A DNA stretch of 64,000 bases, taken from assembly GCA_963823665.1 (NCBI GenBank), contig CAWGMQ010000004.1:2912001-2976000 (forward strand), given 5' to 3'. Source of the stretch: an uncultured Planctomycetota bacterium. GTDB taxonomy: Bacteria > Planctomycetota > Planctomycetia > Isosphaerales > Isosphaeraceae. Shown piece by piece: positions 59,919 through 64,000 of the stretch (positions are counted from its first letter, which is position 1; every line of letters starts with the position of its first letter). The translations under genes were made by a program, and so were the position numbers. The notes under the pieces were generated by a model. That model was given only the letters and a program-made list of their open reading frames with translations. It was not told the origin of the DNA and did no database searches.

Positions 59919-62030
59919 ATGCGGCTCAATCTCCCTGGCCGACCATGGGCTTACGCGGCCGTAGCCGGGACAGCTCTGCTGGCACTGGTTCTTGTGGGTG
60001 CCGGGCCGGGCAAGAAGAAGGGCAAGGAGTCGCGCCCTCCCACTGTGCAGGAGACGGTTGGCGACCTCTCGTTCGTTGTCAGTCGTGGCGAATGGAAGGT
60101 GGAAGGGGTCGGTTTGGTCCGCGGGCTGGACAACACCGGGGTTGATCCACCGCAGTCGTGGTATCGCAAGCAACTCGTCGACGAGATGAGCAAGGCGGGG
60201 GTCGAGCACGCGGAGAAGTTGCTGGCGAAACCGCAGTGGTCGATGGTGATCGTCCGGCTGACCATACCGATCGGTGTCACCACGACGGACCGGCTCGACG
60301 TGCAGGTGGAGGTTCCACCGGCCTGTGGCACGAAGAGCTTGGCCGGCGGCTATCTGCTGCATACACGACTGCGCGAAGTGAACAGGAGTGCGAGTGCAAC
60401 CGGGCCCTTGGCCGGCCCCGAGATGGCCATCGCCCAGGGGCCGATCATGATTGGTACGCCGGCCAAGCCGAACGATCCCAAGGTCGGCCGAGTGCTCGGC
60501 GGCGGCAAGGTCAAGAAGGATTACCCGTTCACGCTTGTCGTCAAGGAGAACCGCGAGAGTTATCGAACGGCGAAGATGCTGGAAACGGTCGTCAACGAGC
60601 GGTTCCACCAGAACGAAAACGGGCATCAAACGGGAGCGGCCAAAGCCAAGACCCCGAGCTATCTCGAGCTCAAGGTCCCGAAGCTCTATCATCAGAATCA
60701 GCAGCATTTCTTCAGGGTCGTCCAGCTCTTGCAAATGATTGACAGCCCGGACCTTCGATCACGTCGCATGGCGGCATGGTCGAAGGACCTGCTCGATCCA
60801 GCATCAGCCGGCATTGCCGCCATGAGGCTTGAGGCGCTCGGGACGACCGCTGTCGAGCCGCTCAAGGCCGGGCTGAAGAGCACGAACGCTCAGGTTCGCT
60901 ACTTCAGCGCCGAGGCCCTTGCGTATCTCAACGACACATCCGGCGTGGATGTTCTGGGCGAATCGGTCGTGTCGCAGCCGAAATTCCGGGCGTACGCTCT
61001 GGCTGCGCTTGCCGCGCTCGACGAGCCGGCCGCTCACATGAAGCTGCGCAAGCTGATGGACGAGCCGTCGATCGAGGTTCGGTACGGGGCGTTCAACGCC
61101 CTCCGCACGCTCGACGCATCCGACCCGTTCCTGGGTCTGGTCCGGGTGATGGATCCGCCGAAGGTCGAAGAAGGCGAAGAGGAGAAACCGGAATCGATGG
61201 CGTTTCAGATCGCGGCGGGCTCGCGCAGGCAGCGTGATTCACTCGATGATCCTTTCGGACTGTACGTTGTCGATTCGGAAGGACCGCCGCTCGTGCATGT
61301 CTCGCGCACTCGCCGCTGCGAGATCGTCGTGTTCGGCCGGACGCAGAAGCTGCTCACGCCGGTCGTCTTGGGCACGGGGCCGATCTCGCTGAACGCGGCC
61401 GACAACGACGAGAAAATCGAGATCAGCAAGATCGTCGCCAGCGCGTTCGGCGACGCCGACACTAAACTCGCCTGCACGCTGGACCTGCCCGAGGTTATAC
61501 GCCGGCTGGCCAATCTGGGCGCAGGGTACCCCGAAGTCGTTTCGATTCTCGAGACGGCGAACCGGCAGAAGAACCTGCCAGGCCAGCTTGTCGTCGACGC
61601 GGTTCCGACCGCGAACGCCAACTATCTGGAAGCCGTCCTCGGCAAAGACATCACCGGCAAACGCGACGACGCGGTGAAGCGAACATCAGGCGAATCGTCA
61701 CGGTCACGCCCCTGGCGATTGTTCGGTCTCTTCGGCGGCAGCGAGCCCGACCGACCCGCCAAGGACCGCCCGGTCGCGGGAAATGGCTCGTCCAAGGGGA
61801 GCGAGCCGCCGCTTGAGATTCCCCCGTTACCCAGCGATATGACGCCGGGCGCGGACGCAGCTTCGAAGGCGACGAGCGGGGAGGGCGACAAAGAAGGCAG
61901 TGCGGCGAAAGCAAATTCGGCGCGCGGAGGGGACGAAAAAGTCGACCAGGGTGTCGACGACGACGACGACGAGCCGAAGCCGGCCCGGCGCAGGCTATCC
62001 GACTTTTTCCGGAAGGGAGATGAATTCTGA
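59919..62030 (+). CDS. FlgI (P-ring)-like protein with HEAT-repeat insertion
   Basis: VEGVGLVRGLDNTG, DRLDVQV, KSLAGGYLLHTRL, IRRLANLGA; HEAT-like VRYFSAEALAYL and VRYGAFNALR. Confidence 0.75.
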   Translation: MRLNLPGRPWAYAAVAGTALLALVLVGAGPGKKKGKESRPPTVQETVGDLSFVVSRGEWKVEGVGLVRGLDNTGVDPPQSWYRKQLVDEMSKAGVEHAEKLLAKPQWSMVIVRLTIPIGVTTTDRLDVQVEVPPACGTKSLAGGYLLHTRLREVNRSASATGPLAGPEMAIAQGPIMIGTPAKPNDPKVGRVLGGGKVKKDYPFTLVVKENRESYRTAKMLETVVNERFHQNENGHQTGAAKAKTPSYLELKVPKLYHQNQQHFFRVVQLLQMIDSPDLRSRRMAAWSKDLLDPASAGIAAMRLEALGTTAVEPLKAGLKSTNAQVRYFSAEALAYLNDTSGVDVLGESVVSQPKFRAYALAALAALDEPAAHMKLRKLMDEPSIEVRYGAFNALRTLDASDPFLGLVRVMDPPKVEEGEEEKPESMAFQIAAGSRRQRDSLDDPFGLYVVDSEGPPLVHVSRTRRCEIVVFGRTQKLLTPVVLGTGPISLNAADNDEKIEISKIVASAFGDADTKLACTLDLPEVIRRLANLGAGYPEVVSILETANRQKNLPGQLVVDAVPTANANYLEAVLGKDITGKRDDAVKRTSGESSRSRPWRLFGLFGGSEPDRPAKDRPVAGNGSSKGSEPPLEIPPLPSDMTPGADAASKATSGEGDKEGSAAKANSARGGDEKVDQGVDDDDDEPKPARRRLSDFFRKGDEF

Positions 62031-62655
62031 GGACTTGCGATCACGCACGCACGCACGATGGTTAGCCGTGGATATCCAGTGCGTGCAGGAACAGCGGAAT
62101 TTTTGTCCAATCTTGCATTTGAGACGTAAGTCGTACGCTCGCCAGGGAATTTGCAAACGAACCAGACCCGATGATCGGCTTCTTTGGTCGAGCTAGTCGT
62201 GGGCGTTTTTAAAGTCCCACGCCGCGCGGTTCGAATATTAGTCTTGACGGTCAGGTCCGCTACCGCAAGGAGGCGAGCGACACCTCCGAGCATCGGGCCA
62301 GATCGCTCCCCGTACGCACCTGGGCGGGGGGGTCTCCGTGCTTGACCGGAGTGGAGTCGGGTTCCCGATCCGTCAGTCACTCCCCGGTAACGGCGACGGC
62401 TGCCTTGACACGAATCAGCGGTTCTACCGTTGGCTTTTCAGGGGAGTTTGTTGCAGCCTGGACAGGATCAAGGACGGGGGCGGGGTCGGAGCGTCTTGCA
62501 CGATTGCCGTCTCTCGCGGTGTATGCCTGGCGCTGTTTAGAGCGTGTGGGCCCTCCGCCGAGCCGGGACTGTCACCGCGCCGACATGAATGCTATCCGGA
62601 GGGAGGAGGAAACCTCCGTGGTCTCGCACCAAACTGGGCGAGTGGAGTCCTCGAG

Positions 62656-63231
62656 ATGAAAAAGGTCTTTACAACCGGCCAGGTTGCGAAAATCTGCAAA
62701 GTCGCACCCCGGACCGTCAGCAAGTGGTTTGACTCAGGCCGCTTGCGTGGTTACCGCATCCCCGGCTCGCAGGATCGTCGCATTCCGCGGGAGCATCTCC
62801 TGCGGTTCCTCAAGGAGCACGGAATGCCCTTGGGCGACCTCGAAGCCGAGGTTTATCATAAGGTACTGGTGGTCGGGGCCGATGGCCCGCTCCAGTCGAT
62901 TCTTCGTGACCATCTTCGTGAGAACGACGATTTCCGTATCGAGACCGCAGCTTCGGGATTCGAGGCAGGAATCCGTGCCGAGAGCTTCCATCCCGACTGC
63001 ATCATCATCGATATGGCGCTGGGCCGCATCGAAGCGGGTCAGATCGCGCAGAATCTTCGCAAGAGCCCCGATCACGTCGGAACGATTCTGCTCGCTCTTA
63101 CCAGCGACGAACCGGGCGAAGAGACCTTCTCGCTCGGGTTCAACGATGCTTTCAAGAAGCCGTTCGATGGAGCGCTCCTGGCGGAGCGCGTCCGGCGTTT
63201 GATCTCGCAGAAGAAGGCCGACGAGCCCTGA
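62656..63231 (+). CDS. Excisionase-type HTH + receiver-like domain protein
   Basis: FTTGQVAKICKVAPRTVSKWFDSG..RRIP; PDCIIID, KPF. Confidence 0.88.
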   Translation: MKKVFTTGQVAKICKVAPRTVSKWFDSGRLRGYRIPGSQDRRIPREHLLRFLKEHGMPLGDLEAEVYHKVLVVGADGPLQSILRDHLRENDDFRIETAASGFEAGIRAESFHPDCIIIDMALGRIEAGQIAQNLRKSPDHVGTILLALTSDEPGEETFSLGFNDAFKKPFDGALLAERVRRLISQKKADEP

Positions 63232-63277
63232 GGCCCTCTGAAGGGAACCCGACAACTCCGGTAAGATAGTTTCCGAG

Positions 63278-63356
63278 ACGAACGAGCCCGCAACGAGCGG
63301 CCTCCTCCCGGGTAAGACCGAGATGAGGCCGCTCGGCGGGCTCGTTCGTTTTTCCT
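63278..63356 (+). terminator. Intrinsic terminator
   Basis: ACGAACGAGCCCGC..GAGCGGCCTC / GAGGCCGCTC..GCGGGCTCGTTCGT followed by a T run. Confidence 0.7.
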
Positions 63357-63521
63357 TGCGCTGGAAAAGGGGAAGAAAGGGCGGACGGCACACGGAGTGT
63401 GCCTGCTACAGGTAAAAGGTGGCTGACACCTTTTCTGCTCCTTGCGTTGGAGAAGGGGAAGAAAGGGCGGACGGCACACGGAGTGTGCCTGCTACAGGTA
63501 AAAGGTGTCCGACACCTTTTT
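63353..63521. repeat. Two tandem ~86-bp units, each with a GTAG-type REP and an AAAAGGTG..CACCTTTT palindrome
   Basis: Near-identical units; the minus strand reads GTAGCAGGCACACTCCGTGTGCCG. Confidence 0.85.
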
Positions 63522-64000
63522 CAGTGGCAAGTCGGGCCGCCGCCGAGTGCGCGGGCGGGGAGTAGCGATGAAAGAGCCGAGCGGATTCCGGACACCCCTT
63601 CCGGAGTCGTTGCAGCGAGGCAGACTCCGACGGAAGCCGTGAGCGCCAGGATAAGCATGAGCAGCCATTTCGCGTTCCACCAGGCGCGGCGGGCGCGAAG
63701 CGCGGACTTCAAGAGCAGGGCGACTTGAGCAGGCACGCTACCGCCGGCTGCGGCTTCGGATTCACCGGAGAACAAGGCCAGGCCGGGCCCGCGGGCACCG
63801 AACTTGCCGGCCAGAAGCACGGTGTTCTTCACGAGCCTCTGCCGGCACCATTTCGGCGAAGACCCTGCCGCGCGAAAGTGCGGTGAGCAGGAAGCCGGCT
63901 GAGAGAACCAGCCCGCGCCGCATCAAACGCGAGCGCAGGAGATCTCTGGCCCGCGACAACCGGCCCTTGACCGTGCCCACAGGCCAGTGCAGCAGCTCGG
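63521..64000 (-). CDS. ECF sigma factor with C-terminal extension (partial; frameshift ~63835)
   Basis: WPVGTVKGRLSRARDLLRSRLMRRGL region-4 motif followed by hydrophobic segments. Confidence 0.8.

Noticed and set aside
63353..63521. CRISPR array
   Set aside because: Only two near-identical units with no unique spacers

Overview
GC-rich bacterial DNA, very probably Planctomycetota and plausibly Isosphaeraceae-like. This is inferred from tandem DUF1559 prepilin-like genes, a planctomycete-type ECF sigma factor, an HTH-receiver gene and a Uma2 nuclease. Many otherwise intact genes carry single-base frameshifts, which most likely reflects long-read indel error. The window holds (i) housekeeping and accessory genes, (ii) a chemosensory operon (REC-PP2C, STAS, cheY, cheA, MCP, cheW, cheR, cheB), and (iii) a minus-strand accessory island at about 32.3-45.1 kb. 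In transcription order the island has an Rhs/YD remnant split by a complete IS66, an HExxH toxin-like tip, a candidate immunity gene, a small hidden ORF, a degenerate IscU-like protein lacking the first Cys/Asp ligands, a TPR-GT4 gene and a ~1390-aa multidomain glycosyltransferase. A GxxExxY nuclease gene sits beside it on the plus strand. Several unrelated short palindromic or periodic repeat families occur between genes and, unusually, inside the interdomain linkers of the two glycosyltransferase genes. Also present are a membrane-bound sigma-54 activator facing a -24/-12 promoter and an orphan FlgI-like/HEAT protein. I found no rRNA, tRNA or CRISPR array. All family assignments come from motif recognition, not database searches.
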